Notes: a model not told the origin generated them from the sequence alone. A stretch of 64,000 nt of DNA from an uncultured Gammaproteobacteria bacterium (GCA_965230965.1 OZ246401.1:53199-117198); one strand, 5' to 3'. Shown: positions 9,302-20,544, counted from the stretch's first letter. Made by a program: numbers and translations.

Positions 9302-10186
9302 ATGGCGGATCTTTCAATTATTGTTCTTTCATACAATACGGCTGAAATTACCGCAGACTGCGTTCGATCGATTCTCGCCTCACTGGAAAAAGACCAAAGT
9401 GTTACTGCAGAAGTTATAGTATGGGACAATAATTCAAATGATAAAAGTGTTGCTGAACTGAAAAAAATAAATGACGAGCGGCTCAAGATCATAGCTCACA
9501 AAGAAAACCTTGGTTATACTGGCGGCAATAATAAGGCCGCAGAGATGGCCAAAGGAGACGTTCTGTTGTTTTTAAATTCAGATATCGTTGTTGTGGAAGA
9601 TGCAGTTCCACGCATGTATCGTTTTTTTCATTCCCAAAAAGGTTTTGACTTTCTCGGAGCACGACTTTTAAATAAAGATAAATCGCCCCAAGCTTCTTGC
9701 GGGCGCTTTTATAATGTACCCGTGGCATTTGCTGCTCTTTTCCTTAAAGGTGATAGTTGGGGTGCCAGTAGGTGGGCAGTTAGAAAAATTCAAAAAGTTG
9801 ATTGGGCATCTGGAGCCGCTCTGATGACTCGTGCAGAAACATTTAAAAAACTTAAAGGATTTGACGATTCTCTTTTTATGTATTGGGATGAAATCGATCT
9901 GCTATATCGTGCAAGCAAGCAGAAAATGGTAACAGGGGTTTACCCTGATGCTGCCTTTATTCATCTTGAAGGAGCTTCTAGCAACTCAAGAACACAGCCT
10001 ATTCTGAAGGTATTCCAAGGCTATATACATTTCTATAAAAAACATTATTCCCCCTTGCAACAGACGTGCATTCTCTATATGCTACAATTAAAGGCGGTTA
10101 TAGCCTACGTAATAGGCACTATTACTGGCAACAATTATTTAATAGAAACATATAGGCAGGCATATGAAATTATTAAAAAAACTTGA
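9302..10186 (+). CDS. glycosyltransferase family 2
   Basis: 294 aa. Motifs IIVLSYNTAE, VWDNNSND, NLGYTGGNN, FLNSDIVV (GT-A fold, DxD-type). Confidence 0.85.
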   Translation: MADLSIIVLSYNTAEITADCVRSILASLEKDQSVTAEVIVWDNNSNDKSVAELKKINDERLKIIAHKENLGYTGGNNKAAEMAKGDVLLFLNSDIVVVEDAVPRMYRFFHSQKGFDFLGARLLNKDKSPQASCGRFYNVPVAFAALFLKGDSWGASRWAVRKIQKVDWASGAALMTRAETFKKLKGFDDSLFMYWDEIDLLYRASKQKMVTGVYPDAAFIHLEGASSNSRTQPILKVFQGYIHFYKKHYSPLQQTCILYMLQLKAVIAYVIGTITGNNYLIETYRQAYEIIKKT

Positions 10187-11843
10187 CGACAACATCTTAA
10201 AAATTCTTCTGATGTTGTTTGTATTTTTCATACCCCTCTTTCCAAAATTCCCTTTCCGTGTTGTTAACTACACATATATAGCTATCAGACTTGACGATTT
10301 ACTAACAGGGGTTCTCGCAGCTGTTTTTATACTTCAGCTTCTTAGGAAGAAGGTTTCATTCGCAAAACTCCCCTATAAAAAACTTTTTGGTGCCTTCTGG
10401 ATTGTCGTGTTTTTGTCATATATTAGCGGTGTGTATATTACTAAAACAGTGGAATTCCCATTCGTTGGTCTCTTACATGCAGCACGACGAGTGGAATACA
10501 TGATGCTGTTCTTTATTGCGGTTTCAGTTATTCGAACATCAACAGACTACAAAAAACTTTTGTTTTCTTTCTTGACCTCACTTTTTCTCATAAATGTATA
10601 TGGAATAGGGCAACGATTCTTTGAATTTCCAGCAATTTCTACAATGAATCCTGAATTTGCAAAGGGTCGCATTCTTTTTCTTACTCCAGAGGCCCGATTA
10701 AGTTCTACTTTTGCAGGTCATTATGACTTGGCAGCATATCTGGTACTCATGCTTCCTTTTCTTTGGGCTCTGTTTATGTATGCAAAAAGAATTCAGATAT
10801 CACAAAAAATGAAGCTGTTTACTCTTTTTGTGTCACTTCTTCCCATTGTTCTTGCGTGCTATACGCTTACCGGTATTTCGACTGAAACAATTAACCACAT
10901 TCCTATTGCTGGCACATTCTTGTCACCGCTCAATCAACTTGTGATTGGCACAATTCTTTTCGCATTAACTCTTTATCTTGTTCTATTCAATAAGCTAAGT
11001 AAGACACTCACTTTTATTACCATAATGATTTCGACGCTCTCACTTGTCTTGACAGCTTCTCGAACATCATCGATTGCGTATATCGTTTCTACACTTCCCT
11101 ATCTTTTATATATACGCAAGTTTAGATATTTTGCCATTGCCCTTGTCTTATCAGTAGCTGCTTTTAGTATGGATAAAGAACTTGCTATTCGATGGGCTAA
11201 AACTGTACAGATTAGACAGGTTATTGTGAACGAAAAAACAGGAGAAGAGGTCGTAGTGCAAAAATTAAAGAAAGAAGCATTACCTGCTGGAACAGCATTT
11301 ATTAAAACACGCAATACCTTACCGGTAACATTAGAGACACAACTCACGAAACGAGATCTCTTAGCACGCGCAACACTTAGCGGACAAATGGCCTCAGGGA
11401 GTGCGATGACAGAAAATGATTATCAGGTTATTTCTGCTGTTGCTGCTGACACATCTATTTCAACTCGCTTACAGGTGAGCTGGCCACGAGCAGTTAAAGC
11501 ATTCATGAAAAATCCATTATTAGGGAGTGGACCCTCATCTATTACTGAATCATCAGATGGTGACTACTTCAGATGGATTGGTGAAACAGGAGCTTTGGGA
11601 ACATTGCTTTTCCTTGGCATAATATTTACTGTTCTCAAAGGAGTATATGCTGTACGCAACAAGATATCGCAGGAAGGCCGCTACATTATTGTGGCACTTC
11701 TGTTTGGAACATTTGGCCTTCTCGTTAATGCCGTTCTCATCGACGTGTTTGAAGCTTCAAAAGTCGCCTATCTCTTCTGGACGCTTCTTGGCACATTCAC
11801 CGGTATGGCAATGTTGAAGGAACAAAGTATAAAAAAGGTTTAA
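10164..11843 (+). CDS. polytopic membrane protein, O-antigen ligase/polymerase-like (Wzy_C-type)
   Basis: 559 aa. Many TM segments and a large hydrophilic loop (about residues 340-450). Assigned from architecture and glycan-cluster context only. Confidence 0.5.
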   Translation: MKLLKKLDDNILKILLMLFVFFIPLFPKFPFRVVNYTYIAIRLDDLLTGVLAAVFILQLLRKKVSFAKLPYKKLFGAFWIVVFLSYISGVYITKTVEFPFVGLLHAARRVEYMMLFFIAVSVIRTSTDYKKLLFSFLTSLFLINVYGIGQRFFEFPAISTMNPEFAKGRILFLTPEARLSSTFAGHYDLAAYLVLMLPFLWALFMYAKRIQISQKMKLFTLFVSLLPIVLACYTLTGISTETINHIPIAGTFLSPLNQLVIGTILFALTLYLVLFNKLSKTLTFITIMISTLSLVLTASRTSSIAYIVSTLPYLLYIRKFRYFAIALVLSVAAFSMDKELAIRWAKTVQIRQVIVNEKTGEEVVVQKLKKEALPAGTAFIKTRNTLPVTLETQLTKRDLLARATLSGQMASGSAMTENDYQVISAVAADTSISTRLQVSWPRAVKAFMKNPLLGSGPSSITESSDGDYFRWIGETGALGTLLFLGIIFTVLKGVYAVRNKISQEGRYIIVALLFGTFGLLVNAVLIDVFEASKVAYLFWTLLGTFTGMAMLKEQSIKKV

Positions 11844-11844
11844 T

Positions 11845-13290
11845 ATGGAACGTTTTAAAAGAATTGACGCATTTTTGCTAACTTTTTTCGTTATTGTTGC
11901 GCTTACTTTACGACTATACAAAGTAAATATTCCACTCGCAGATTGGCACTCATGGAGACAGGTAGATACTGCAGCCGTTGCTCGTAATTTTTCTCAAGGC
12001 AACTTTAATCTCTTATATCCTAAGTATGACGATCTTTCCAATGTACAATCTGGACAATACAATCCAGAGGGATACAGATTTGTCGAATTCCCTGCCTACA
12101 ATGCAATGTTTGGCGCGCTCCACAAGTATCTTCCAATTATGCCCGTCGAAGTATATGGTAGGCTCGTGTCTATATTCTTTTCGTTAATTGTGCTCTGTGT
12201 CATATATTACATTGCGCTGCAAGAGCATAGTCGCGTAGCAGCGTTTGGTGCAGCACTCATATATGCAACATTTCCTTTTTTTGTGTATTACTCGCGCACG
12301 GTATTGCCAGAAACAACAGCTGTTGGATTTTCATTCATTGCATTGTTTCTTGCCTATGTGTGGGCGCGAACAAAACACAAGGCTGCGCCGCTCCTTTTAG
12401 TAGTCTCCTGCGTATGTGCGGCGCTATCCATACTCATAAAACCAACCGTTATTTTCTATTTTTTGCCGATCGCTTATACATTTTTTACCAAATATCGATT
12501 GCGTCTTATTAAAAAACCAGCGCCATACCTTTATTTCATTGCAGCCATACTTCCTTTTATTTCATGGCGAATGTGGATAAGTCATTTCCCAGAAGGCATC
12601 CCAGGTTTTGAATGGCTTCTTACATCGGTCAATACATATGAAGGACAAAAAGTAATTTTCTTTAGACCAGCGTTTTTCCGCTGGATCTTCCATGAACGTA
12701 TTTTGCTACTTATTATGGGTGGCTTTGCAGCGCTCTTCCCAGTGCTCGGCCTTCTTGAAAAAACGAAAAAAAGCCTTGTGCCACAATTAACAGTGTTTGC
12801 TGCACTTGTGTATCTTCTCGTCTTTCAGGGAGGAAATGTCCAGCATGACTATTATCAAACCGTCATCCTCCCCGCACTTGCACTCATGAGTGGGTTTGGC
12901 TTTGCGCGCCTGCTACGACGAACTGAAAAAGATCAGGCATATGTTATTAACATTTTCTTAGTTGTAGCTATTATTGGATTTTCATGGCTAATGTCGTACT
13001 ACAAAGTAAAAGACTATTATCTTTATAGTGAGGATTTAGTAAACATTGGAAAAATTATTAATACATTAACTCCACAGAATGCAAAAGTTATTACTGACCG
13101 TGATGGCGATACAACACTCCTCTATTTAGCTAATAGAAAAGGTATGCCTTCGGTTCCCGATACTTTAGAAAATCTAAAAGCAAAAGGAATGGAGTATTTT
13201 TATACAGACAAAACCGCTGTTGCTGAAGAAGTTCGTAAAATATATACACCCATCTTTGAGAACAATCATGTATTTATTTTCAAACTATAA
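11845..13290 (+). CDS. GT-C membrane glycosyltransferase, ArnT/PMT_2 (GT39/83-like)
   Basis: 481 aa polytopic protein. First-loop motif ADWHSWRQVDTAAVARNF is typical of the ArnT/PMT-like family as recalled. Confidence 0.5.
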   Translation: MERFKRIDAFLLTFFVIVALTLRLYKVNIPLADWHSWRQVDTAAVARNFSQGNFNLLYPKYDDLSNVQSGQYNPEGYRFVEFPAYNAMFGALHKYLPIMPVEVYGRLVSIFFSLIVLCVIYYIALQEHSRVAAFGAALIYATFPFFVYYSRTVLPETTAVGFSFIALFLAYVWARTKHKAAPLLLVVSCVCAALSILIKPTVIFYFLPIAYTFFTKYRLRLIKKPAPYLYFIAAILPFISWRMWISHFPEGIPGFEWLLTSVNTYEGQKVIFFRPAFFRWIFHERILLLIMGGFAALFPVLGLLEKTKKSLVPQLTVFAALVYLLVFQGGNVQHDYYQTVILPALALMSGFGFARLLRRTEKDQAYVINIFLVVAIIGFSWLMSYYKVKDYYLYSEDLVNIGKIINTLTPQNAKVITDRDGDTTLLYLANRKGMPSVPDTLENLKAKGMEYFYTDKTAVAEEVRKIYTPIFENNHVFIFKL

Positions 13291-14501
13291 TGAAGATATT
13301 GATGCTGACTCCGTACCTTCCTTATCCTCCATCTTCTGGTGGCCAGGTGCGATCATATAACCTTATTAAGCACTTAAGTCGCAACCATGATATTTATCTT
13401 GTTGCGCTTATTAAGGCAAAAGATGAAGAGGCATATAAGAAAAATTTGCTTCCGTATTGCAAGGAGATACACTTATGCAAAAGATCAGAATCCCCATGGA
13501 CGTTCCGTAATATTGTCACAAGTGTGTTTGGACAATATCCATTCCTTGTCGTACGAAACTATTCTGAAGAAGCACGTGTAACCGTTGAACAATTGTTAAA
13601 AAATAATAAATTCGATCTGATTCATGCAGAAACTTTCTATATCATGCCGCACATTCCAAAAACAGATGTTCCAATTTTGCTCGTGGAGCAAACAATAGAA
13701 TATCGGGTATATCAGCATTTCGTGAAAAATTTAAAGTTTCCTCCCGTGAGACCATTTTTCTATTTCGATATTCTTAAATTGCGCTATTGGGAACGAACCT
13801 TTTGGAAGCGAGCGGATCTTGTTGGAGCAGTTTCTGAAGACGATGAGGAAAAAATGCATGAACTTTCAAAAAATCTTGCTACAACAATTATTCCTAATGC
13901 AGCTGGAGAGGATTTGTTGCAAATATATGATGAGAAAAAAAATCTTTCGGTAAAACCAATTTTTCTTTATCAAGGAAATTTTTCATGGTTACAAAATATT
14001 GAAGCAGCTAAGTATCTCATTACGACAATATTTCCTGAAATAAAAAAGCGTATTCCAGAGGCAACCTGCATTGTTGCCGGACAGCGCGCATTAGAAAAGC
14101 TTGGTAATGTAGATAGCGATGGCATTGAGATTGTTGATATAGGATCAGCAAATCCTGACGAAGTTATCAAAGTATATGCAAAAGCAACTATTTTCTTGGC
14201 GCCAATCTTTGGCCCTGGTGGAACCAGACTTAAAATTCTTGGCGCAATGGCGGCAGGATTGCCTGTTATATCTTCACCAACTGGTGTAAGCGGGTTAGGC
14301 GCGACACAAAATAAACATGTGATTATTGCGCACACACCTGAAGATTTTGTTGCTGCAGCTGAATCTTTGTATAAGGATAAAAAGTTCTATAACAACATTA
14401 GAAAAAACGCACGTGCCTTAATTGAAGAAAAATATAGCTGGGACACCGTTTCGCGCAAACTTGAAAAAATGTATCATAAGCTTGTTACTTCACATTCATA
14501 A
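13290..14501 (+). CDS. glycosyltransferase family 4 (GT-B)
   Basis: 403 aa. C-terminal GT-B nucleotide-sugar site FGPGGTRLKILGAMAAGLPVISS. TAATG junction with the upstream gene. Confidence 0.8.
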   Translation: MKILMLTPYLPYPPSSGGQVRSYNLIKHLSRNHDIYLVALIKAKDEEAYKKNLLPYCKEIHLCKRSESPWTFRNIVTSVFGQYPFLVVRNYSEEARVTVEQLLKNNKFDLIHAETFYIMPHIPKTDVPILLVEQTIEYRVYQHFVKNLKFPPVRPFFYFDILKLRYWERTFWKRADLVGAVSEDDEEKMHELSKNLATTIIPNAAGEDLLQIYDEKKNLSVKPIFLYQGNFSWLQNIEAAKYLITTIFPEIKKRIPEATCIVAGQRALEKLGNVDSDGIEIVDIGSANPDEVIKVYAKATIFLAPIFGPGGTRLKILGAMAAGLPVISSPTGVSGLGATQNKHVIIAHTPEDFVAAAESLYKDKKFYNNIRKNARALIEEKYSWDTVSRKLEKMYHKLVTSHS

Positions 14502-14503
14502 TT

Positions 14504-15604
14504 ATGAAAATTGGCATTGATATTTCACAGACTGCATATCGCGGTACTGGTGTCGCTCGATACACACATTCGTTAGTTTCTGCATTAACGTCTTATGACA
14601 AGAAGAATGAATATGTATTTTTTTACTCATCTCTACGACTACCACTCGATCCAAAGCTCAAGCAATTAATACAAAAAGCACATCAATTAAGGGAGTTTAA
14701 AATTCCACAATCTGCATTAACTTTGCTTTGGAACAAGCTTCATCTCATGCCTATTGAGAATTTAATAGGAGATATAGATGTGTTTATTTCTTCTGATTGG
14801 ACCGAACCACCAGCAAAAAAAGCAATTAAAATTACAACGCTACACGACATGATTGTATACGTTTATCCAGAAACTGCTACTCCCTCAATTATTGCACAGC
14901 AAAAAGATAGACATAGGTTTATCAAAAAAGAATCTTCAGGCGTATTTGTGGATTCTATTGCTACAGGGGTCGACGCTGAAAAATATCTTGGCATACCTAA
15001 GGATAAGATTCATCTTCTATATCCGGCAGTTGATACTAAAAAGCCATTAGATTGGGAAATTGTTCAAAAAAAACATAAGATTACAAAACCCTACATTCTT
15101 ACAGTTGGAAAATTAGAACCAAGAAAAAATCTTAAGAGATTACTCGAGGCATTTCAGAAAACAGGCATTACCGATTTACAGCTAATAGTGGTTGGTGATA
15201 AAGGCTGGGGCGATATCTCAGAAATATCAAGTCCTCATATTTCATTCTTGGGTTTTGTTCCTGATGATGAGTTAGCAGCACTTTATTCACATGCAGAATT
15301 TTTTGTATTCCCTTCACTTTATGAAGGTTTTGGGTATCCAATAATAGAGGCAATGGGCTACAAGTGTCCAGTGGCTTGTGCTGACTCCTCATCACTAACT
15401 GAAATAGGTAAAGATGTCGTTGAATTTTTTAATCCACAAGATACTGATGATATTGCGCGCAGCATAAAACTTTTACATGAAAATAATGAACTACGCACAC
15501 AACTCATCAAAGAAGGCTTTCAGCGTTACAAAAGCTTCTCTTTGGATAATTTCGCTAAAAATTTTGTTAAAATAGTACAAACAATATATGATAATAGGCG
15601 TTGA
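14504..15604 (+). CDS. glycosyltransferase family 4 (GT-B)
   Basis: 366 aa. FPSLYEGFGYPIIEAMGYKCPVACAD EX7E motif. Confidence 0.85.
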   Translation: MKIGIDISQTAYRGTGVARYTHSLVSALTSYDKKNEYVFFYSSLRLPLDPKLKQLIQKAHQLREFKIPQSALTLLWNKLHLMPIENLIGDIDVFISSDWTEPPAKKAIKITTLHDMIVYVYPETATPSIIAQQKDRHRFIKKESSGVFVDSIATGVDAEKYLGIPKDKIHLLYPAVDTKKPLDWEIVQKKHKITKPYILTVGKLEPRKNLKRLLEAFQKTGITDLQLIVVGDKGWGDISEISSPHISFLGFVPDDELAALYSHAEFFVFPSLYEGFGYPIIEAMGYKCPVACADSSSLTEIGKDVVEFFNPQDTDDIARSIKLLHENNELRTQLIKEGFQRYKSFSLDNFAKNFVKIVQTIYDNRR

Positions 15605-16694
15605 TGGCAATGAGGCAAATGTAAAAGAGAAGGTTGGTGTTTCTGTATACACATCAGAGATGCTTCGTTATTTCCACCAACAAGCTTCTCCTGCAGTCCA
15701 GTTTATTATTTATCTTCGTGAGAAACCCCTTCCAGATTTGCCAAAGGAAACTCCATATTTTTCATATGATATCGTTCGCGGTGAACATTTCTGGCGCGAT
15801 ATTGTGTTCCCTTTTCATCTTTACAAAAATCCAAAAATTGATGTGTTATTTTGTCCGGCACACTATACTCCCCGCTTTTCACCAGTTCCAACTGTCGTTA
15901 CGATTCATGATACATCCTATCTTTACTTTAAAGATGAATTTCTTAAAAAAGATTTATACAAATTGACATCATGGAGCAATCACGCAATTAAAAATTCGAC
16001 GAAAGTAATAACTGTTTCTAATGCAACAAAGAAGGATGTGGTTAAAAACTATCATGTTGCATCATCAAAAATAAAGGTAATACATAATGGATTTGATAAA
16101 TCCAAAGAAGCCTACAAAGATGTCGGTGCTTCATTCTCTCTTCCTAAAAGTCCCTATTTCTTATACGTAGGTACAATTCAACCACGAAAAAATATCAGAA
16201 CACTGATTACGGCTTTTAAATCATTGCATAAAAAAAATCCCAAATACAAACTTGTGCTCGTTGGGAAAATGGGGTGGCTTTTTGGTGATATCTTTGATTA
16301 TGTACTGGAGCAAGAATTAGAAGACCACATCATATTTACGGGTTATGTATCAAATAGTCAGCTCGCGGCTCTTTATAAAAAAGCTGAATGTTTTATATTT
16401 CCATCGCTCTACGAAGGTTTTGGCATTCCCCTGCTAGAGGCGATGCAACACAGATGTCCAGTCATTGCTTCGAATGCTGCAAGTCTACCTGAAGTTGGAG
16501 GAGATGCGGCTATTTACTTTAATCCAAAAGACCCAGATGAATTAGAAGGAAAAATTGAGGAGATGATAAATAATGCATCACTACGCCAATCGCTTGTGAA
16601 AAAAGGATTAAAAAGGGTACAATTATTTAGTTGGGAGAAAAGTGCACGAGAGACATTACGAACAATTATTGAAGCCTTCACTCCAACACAATAA
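15588..16694 (+). CDS. glycosyltransferase family 4 (GT-B), paralogue of the preceding gene
   Basis: 368 aa. FPSLYEGFGIPLLEAMQHRCPVIASN. Confidence 0.85.
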   Translation: MIIGVDGNEANVKEKVGVSVYTSEMLRYFHQQASPAVQFIIYLREKPLPDLPKETPYFSYDIVRGEHFWRDIVFPFHLYKNPKIDVLFCPAHYTPRFSPVPTVVTIHDTSYLYFKDEFLKKDLYKLTSWSNHAIKNSTKVITVSNATKKDVVKNYHVASSKIKVIHNGFDKSKEAYKDVGASFSLPKSPYFLYVGTIQPRKNIRTLITAFKSLHKKNPKYKLVLVGKMGWLFGDIFDYVLEQELEDHIIFTGYVSNSQLAALYKKAECFIFPSLYEGFGIPLLEAMQHRCPVIASNAASLPEVGGDAAIYFNPKDPDELEGKIEEMINNASLRQSLVKKGLKRVQLFSWEKSARETLRTIIEAFTPTQ

Positions 16695-16697
16695 TCC

Positions 16698-17291
16698 ATG
16701 AAAGATCGAATGGGCAAAGACCTATCCATGCAAGAAGTCAGTTCTAAAGCCGTTACTCGTGGGATTACCATTTTTAGCGAACTTGGTCTTTTTTTAATTC
16801 ACAGCGTTGGCTACCTTCCCTCTCATCATATACGCAGATTTTTTTATAGATGTGCGGGCATGCATATTGGAAAAGGCTCTACTCTTCACATGGGTGTTAC
16901 CTTTCATAATCCTGGAAACATAACAATCGGTGACGATACCATTATTGGTGAAGGTACGCTTCTTGATGGTCGCAACAAACTTTCGATTGGAAGCCACGTT
17001 GCAATTGCGAGTGAGGTAATGATATACAATGCAGAGCACGATATTCACGATAAGGCTTTTGGACCAATTATAGAACCTGTAACGGTAGAAGATTATGTTT
17101 TTATTGGACCACGAGCAATAATTTTACCTGGCATAACCATAGGTAAAGGAGCTGTCGTAGCGGCAGGCGCAGTCGTTACAAAAGATGTTGAGCCTTATAC
17201 AATTGTTGGTGGTGTTCCTGCAAAAGCTATTGGTAAAAGAAAAGCGACTGACTTGAAGTATAAGATTGGGAGAGCTGCATTATTTCGCTAA
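16698..17291 (+). CDS. hexapeptide-repeat O-acetyltransferase (WcaF/WbbJ-like)
   Basis: 197 aa. Left-handed beta-helix repeats (GNITIGDDTIIGEGTLLDG, IGSHVAIASEVMI, IGPRAIILPGITIGKGAVVAAGAVV). Confidence 0.85.
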   Translation: MKDRMGKDLSMQEVSSKAVTRGITIFSELGLFLIHSVGYLPSHHIRRFFYRCAGMHIGKGSTLHMGVTFHNPGNITIGDDTIIGEGTLLDGRNKLSIGSHVAIASEVMIYNAEHDIHDKAFGPIIEPVTVEDYVFIGPRAIILPGITIGKGAVVAAGAVVTKDVEPYTIVGGVPAKAIGKRKATDLKYKIGRAALFR

Positions 17292-18530
17292 ATTCTCAAA
17301 TACATTCATTAGATCAAATGCCTGAATGTATACAAGCTTCTGGAAAATAAAGTATGCGCGCGCCTCGTATATCATAGATACAAGGAGCAAAAAAAGAATA
17401 ATTATACTCACGAGGTGTATTTTCTTTTTGTCCTTCTTTACTTGTTCAAAAACCCACAAAAAACCTCTTGTAATAAAATAAGCAAACGCAGGCAAAACGG
17501 TAAATGTTCTTAGCATATTAGGGTTTTCATGAGGATATGTGAGCAATGTCGGCATGGTACCAATAATGAGATATGCAAAAAAGAGCTTATCAAAGAAAGT
17601 TTTTTTGAGCTTAAAGAAATGAACTATACCAAGACCCAAAAATGAATACAAAATAGGATTAAGAGCATTTTTATATGGATAGTTATGACGACCATTCACG
17701 TCACCCTCTCCGAAAAGCATATAAAAGTTTTTCCATGCATTTTGGATAAAAAAGCCAACCTTTTCTAAGATCGTAAGATCAGGATTTTTCAGATAAAGCT
17801 GCTGTTCAATACGCACATCTTGGTGTTGCAAAAAATATAGCGTGAGCGGAGCAATACAAAGGAAAAAAACTCCAATGAAAACACTTAGATGCTGTTTCTT
17901 TTTCTTTGAAATATAAAAAATGAGCCCGGCTATGAGAATAAAAAAAAGACGGCCTGGCGTGTAGGAATTATAAGCAAGGCCGCTCGCCAATGCGGCGAGT
18001 ATTACATAAAAAATTGATTGCGACCTTCTGAAGAGTAAAACAGCATACAATGCTACTAGTTCAAACATGAGAAGGAAGGTCGCTTCAAAAGAAAACCGCG
18101 CGAATTGAAAATACCAGCGCATGCTGAGCAGAGTAAGCGCAGCAATAAAGGCAAATTCCAGCTTAAATAATCCAATTTTTGGCAAAGAAAACTGAATGTG
18201 CTTTTCTTTAAAGGCTTCTTTCGCTACAAAATAGAAAAGCACTGCAGCTACAACACCAGAGGCTGCAGAAGCAAAACGTAATCCAAACTGTGTAATTCCA
18301 AACACCTTGAAGAAAAAGAGAATAACATAAAAATATAAGGTCGTATGACCCGTTGCCTCAGGTGTATATGGTTGATATGACTGGCCATTAAGATTCAATG
18401 CAAGATGTATGAAATCTACCTCATCATTTGCTAATCCTTTTGGAATTTCATTGAACTGGAAAAAAATAAAGAAAGAAGCAATAATTGCGATTATTGTTGC
18501 ATAAATGAACGTTTTTTTCATGTGATCCAA
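17280..18530 (-). CDS. GT-C type membrane glycosyltransferase (ArnT/PMT-like), second copy
   Basis: 416 aa polytopic protein. It has an acidic first-loop motif (LANDEVDF) after TM1. Only minus-strand gene inside the plus-strand GT block. Confidence 0.45.
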   Translation of the reverse strand: MDHMKKTFIYATIIAIIASFFIFFQFNEIPKGLANDEVDFIHLALNLNGQSYQPYTPEATGHTTLYFYVILFFFKVFGITQFGLRFASAASGVVAAVLFYFVAKEAFKEKHIQFSLPKIGLFKLEFAFIAALTLLSMRWYFQFARFSFEATFLLMFELVALYAVLLFRRSQSIFYVILAALASGLAYNSYTPGRLFFILIAGLIFYISKKKKQHLSVFIGVFFLCIAPLTLYFLQHQDVRIEQQLYLKNPDLTILEKVGFFIQNAWKNFYMLFGEGDVNGRHNYPYKNALNPILYSFLGLGIVHFFKLKKTFFDKLFFAYLIIGTMPTLLTYPHENPNMLRTFTVLPAFAYFITRGFLWVFEQVKKDKKKIHLVSIIILFLLLVSMIYEARAYFIFQKLVYIQAFDLMNVFENLAK

Positions 18531-18563
18531 AGTTATTATACATATTCTTGTTATAATTACATC

Positions 18564-19466
18564 ATGAAAGATTTATCTGTCGTAGTCGTCTCTTACAACA
18601 CATGCAAGATGACAAAAAAGACTCTAGAAGATCTCATTCGTGCGCTGACAGAGGAAAAAATATCATGGGAGATTATTGTTGTCGACAACGCATCTATTGA
18701 CGGTTCTGTGCAAATGCTTGATATATTGGCAAAAGATTACCCTGGGGTAATTGTTTTAAAGAATACAGGCAACCTGGGCTTTGGAGCAGCTAATAACATT
18801 GGTATAAAAAAAGCCGATGGCGAATTCGTACTTCTTTTGAATTCTGATGTTGAAGTTGAAAGGTCTGATTTTGCATCACTTATTTCATACTTACGACGCA
18901 ATAAAGATGTCGGAGGCCTAACTACAAAAGTAATGCTCACCGACACAAAAATTGATCCAGCATCGCATCGCGGATTTCCTTCAATTTGGCATTCATTTTG
19001 TTATTTTAGTGGTCTTGAAACGCTATCAAAAAACATTCCTTTGCTTAATCGACTCTTTGGGGGCTATCATATGACATGGGAAAATCTGGCAAAGAATCAT
19101 GAGATTGACTCACCAACTGCTGCATTTTTTCTTATTCCTCGGGATATCTTAAAAGAAGTGAAAGGTTTTGATGAAGAATATTTTATGTACGGTGAAGATC
19201 TTGATTTATCATATCGAATAAAAGAAAAAGGATATAAGATAATGTATTATCCAAAATTTACTGTTCGTCATTTAAAGCATCAGAGCGGTCTAAAGACATA
19301 TGATAAAAAGACTAAAAGAGCTACTACTCATCATTTCTACGATGCAATGAAAATTTTTTATAAAAAACATTACGCACAAAAAAATCCTGCAGTTGTGAAC
19401 ATGTTGATGTACAAAACAATTGATCTATTTAGTCATTTAAAATCAAGTTCGCTTCATGGAAACTAA
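18564..19466 (+). CDS. glycosyltransferase family 2
   Basis: Motifs MKDLSVVVVSYNT, VVDNASIDGS, NLGFGAANNIG, LLLNSDVEV, GEDLDLSYR. ATG 18564 preferred over the track start at 18522. Confidence 0.85.
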   Translation: MKDLSVVVVSYNTCKMTKKTLEDLIRALTEEKISWEIIVVDNASIDGSVQMLDILAKDYPGVIVLKNTGNLGFGAANNIGIKKADGEFVLLLNSDVEVERSDFASLISYLRRNKDVGGLTTKVMLTDTKIDPASHRGFPSIWHSFCYFSGLETLSKNIPLLNRLFGGYHMTWENLAKNHEIDSPTAAFFLIPRDILKEVKGFDEEYFMYGEDLDLSYRIKEKGYKIMYYPKFTVRHLKHQSGLKTYDKKTKRATTHHFYDAMKIFYKKHYAQKNPAVVNMLMYKTIDLFSHLKSSSLHGN

Positions 19467-20544
19467 ACGGATAGGCATTGATGCACGTCTTTTAAATCAG
19501 ACAGGTGTAGGTGTATATATACGAAATCTTCTTAAGGAGCTTACAAGCATAACTGATAAAACTCACGAGTTTTATATATATGTGAGAAAAGAAGATGTTA
19601 ATGACCTCCCTGGTCTACCTAAGAATAGTACTATTCGCCACACATCTGCTCAATGGCACTCTTTTGCTGAACAGACCAACTTTCTACAGCAGCTGTATGC
19701 TGATAATCTTGATCTTATGCACTTCTGCTACTTTAGCATGCCCATTTTTTACACCCGCCCATTTGTTATTACAATACATGATGTTATTCCTTTTAAACAT
19801 CCTACCGGAAAAGCCTCCACCAAAAATCAGTTTTTTTATAGCTTTAAACACTTAATGTACAAACGGGTGCTGGCACATGCAATTTCTCATGCGAAGAAAA
19901 TATTTGTGCCGTCCGATGCAGTAAAGAGTGACATTCTCAAGCTCTTTTCATTCACGAATAGCAAAAAGATTATCAAAACCTATGAGGGCGTCGACTATCG
20001 GCTGAAAGAGGCTAAGGCAGAGCCTATCCCTCACGCTTTAGATAAACCATACTTTCTCTATATGGGTAATTACTACCCTCATAAAAATGTAGAAACGCTG
20101 ATCACTGCTTTTTCAAAGGCTCAGATTGATGCGATACTCATTCTATGCGGGCCAAGTGATTTTTTTTCAAAAAAAATAGACGCACGTATTTATGATCTCG
20201 ATATGACAGAAAAAATCATACGCCTATCAAATTTATCAATTGGGCAGAGAGTATGGCTTTATAAGAATGCACTAGCACTCATACATCCTTCAAAAGACGA
20301 AGGTTTTGGATTAACATTAATCGAAGCAACATATTTTAATTGCCCAGTCATTGCTTCGGACATTCTCGTATTAAGAGAAACATGTCCAGATGCAACATTT
20401 TTTAGACCTGATGATCCATTAGAGCTGACAGATTTGCTTGAGAATGTCTTTAGAAAAGGCCCGATCCACAAGAAGACACGGTCTTCTTTTTCCTTCAAAA
20501 AAATGGCAGAGACAACGTACAATCAATATAAGGAAACACTATGA
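19456..20544 (+). CDS. glycosyltransferase family 4 (GT-B)
   Basis: 362 aa. HPSKDEGFGLTLIEATYFNCPVIASD. Confidence 0.8.
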   Translation: METKRIGIDARLLNQTGVGVYIRNLLKELTSITDKTHEFYIYVRKEDVNDLPGLPKNSTIRHTSAQWHSFAEQTNFLQQLYADNLDLMHFCYFSMPIFYTRPFVITIHDVIPFKHPTGKASTKNQFFYSFKHLMYKRVLAHAISHAKKIFVPSDAVKSDILKLFSFTNSKKIIKTYEGVDYRLKEAKAEPIPHALDKPYFLYMGNYYPHKNVETLITAFSKAQIDAILILCGPSDFFSKKIDARIYDLDMTEKIIRLSNLSIGQRVWLYKNALALIHPSKDEGFGLTLIEATYFNCPVIASDILVLRETCPDATFFRPDDPLELTDLLENVFRKGPIHKKTRSSFSFKKMAETTYNQYKETL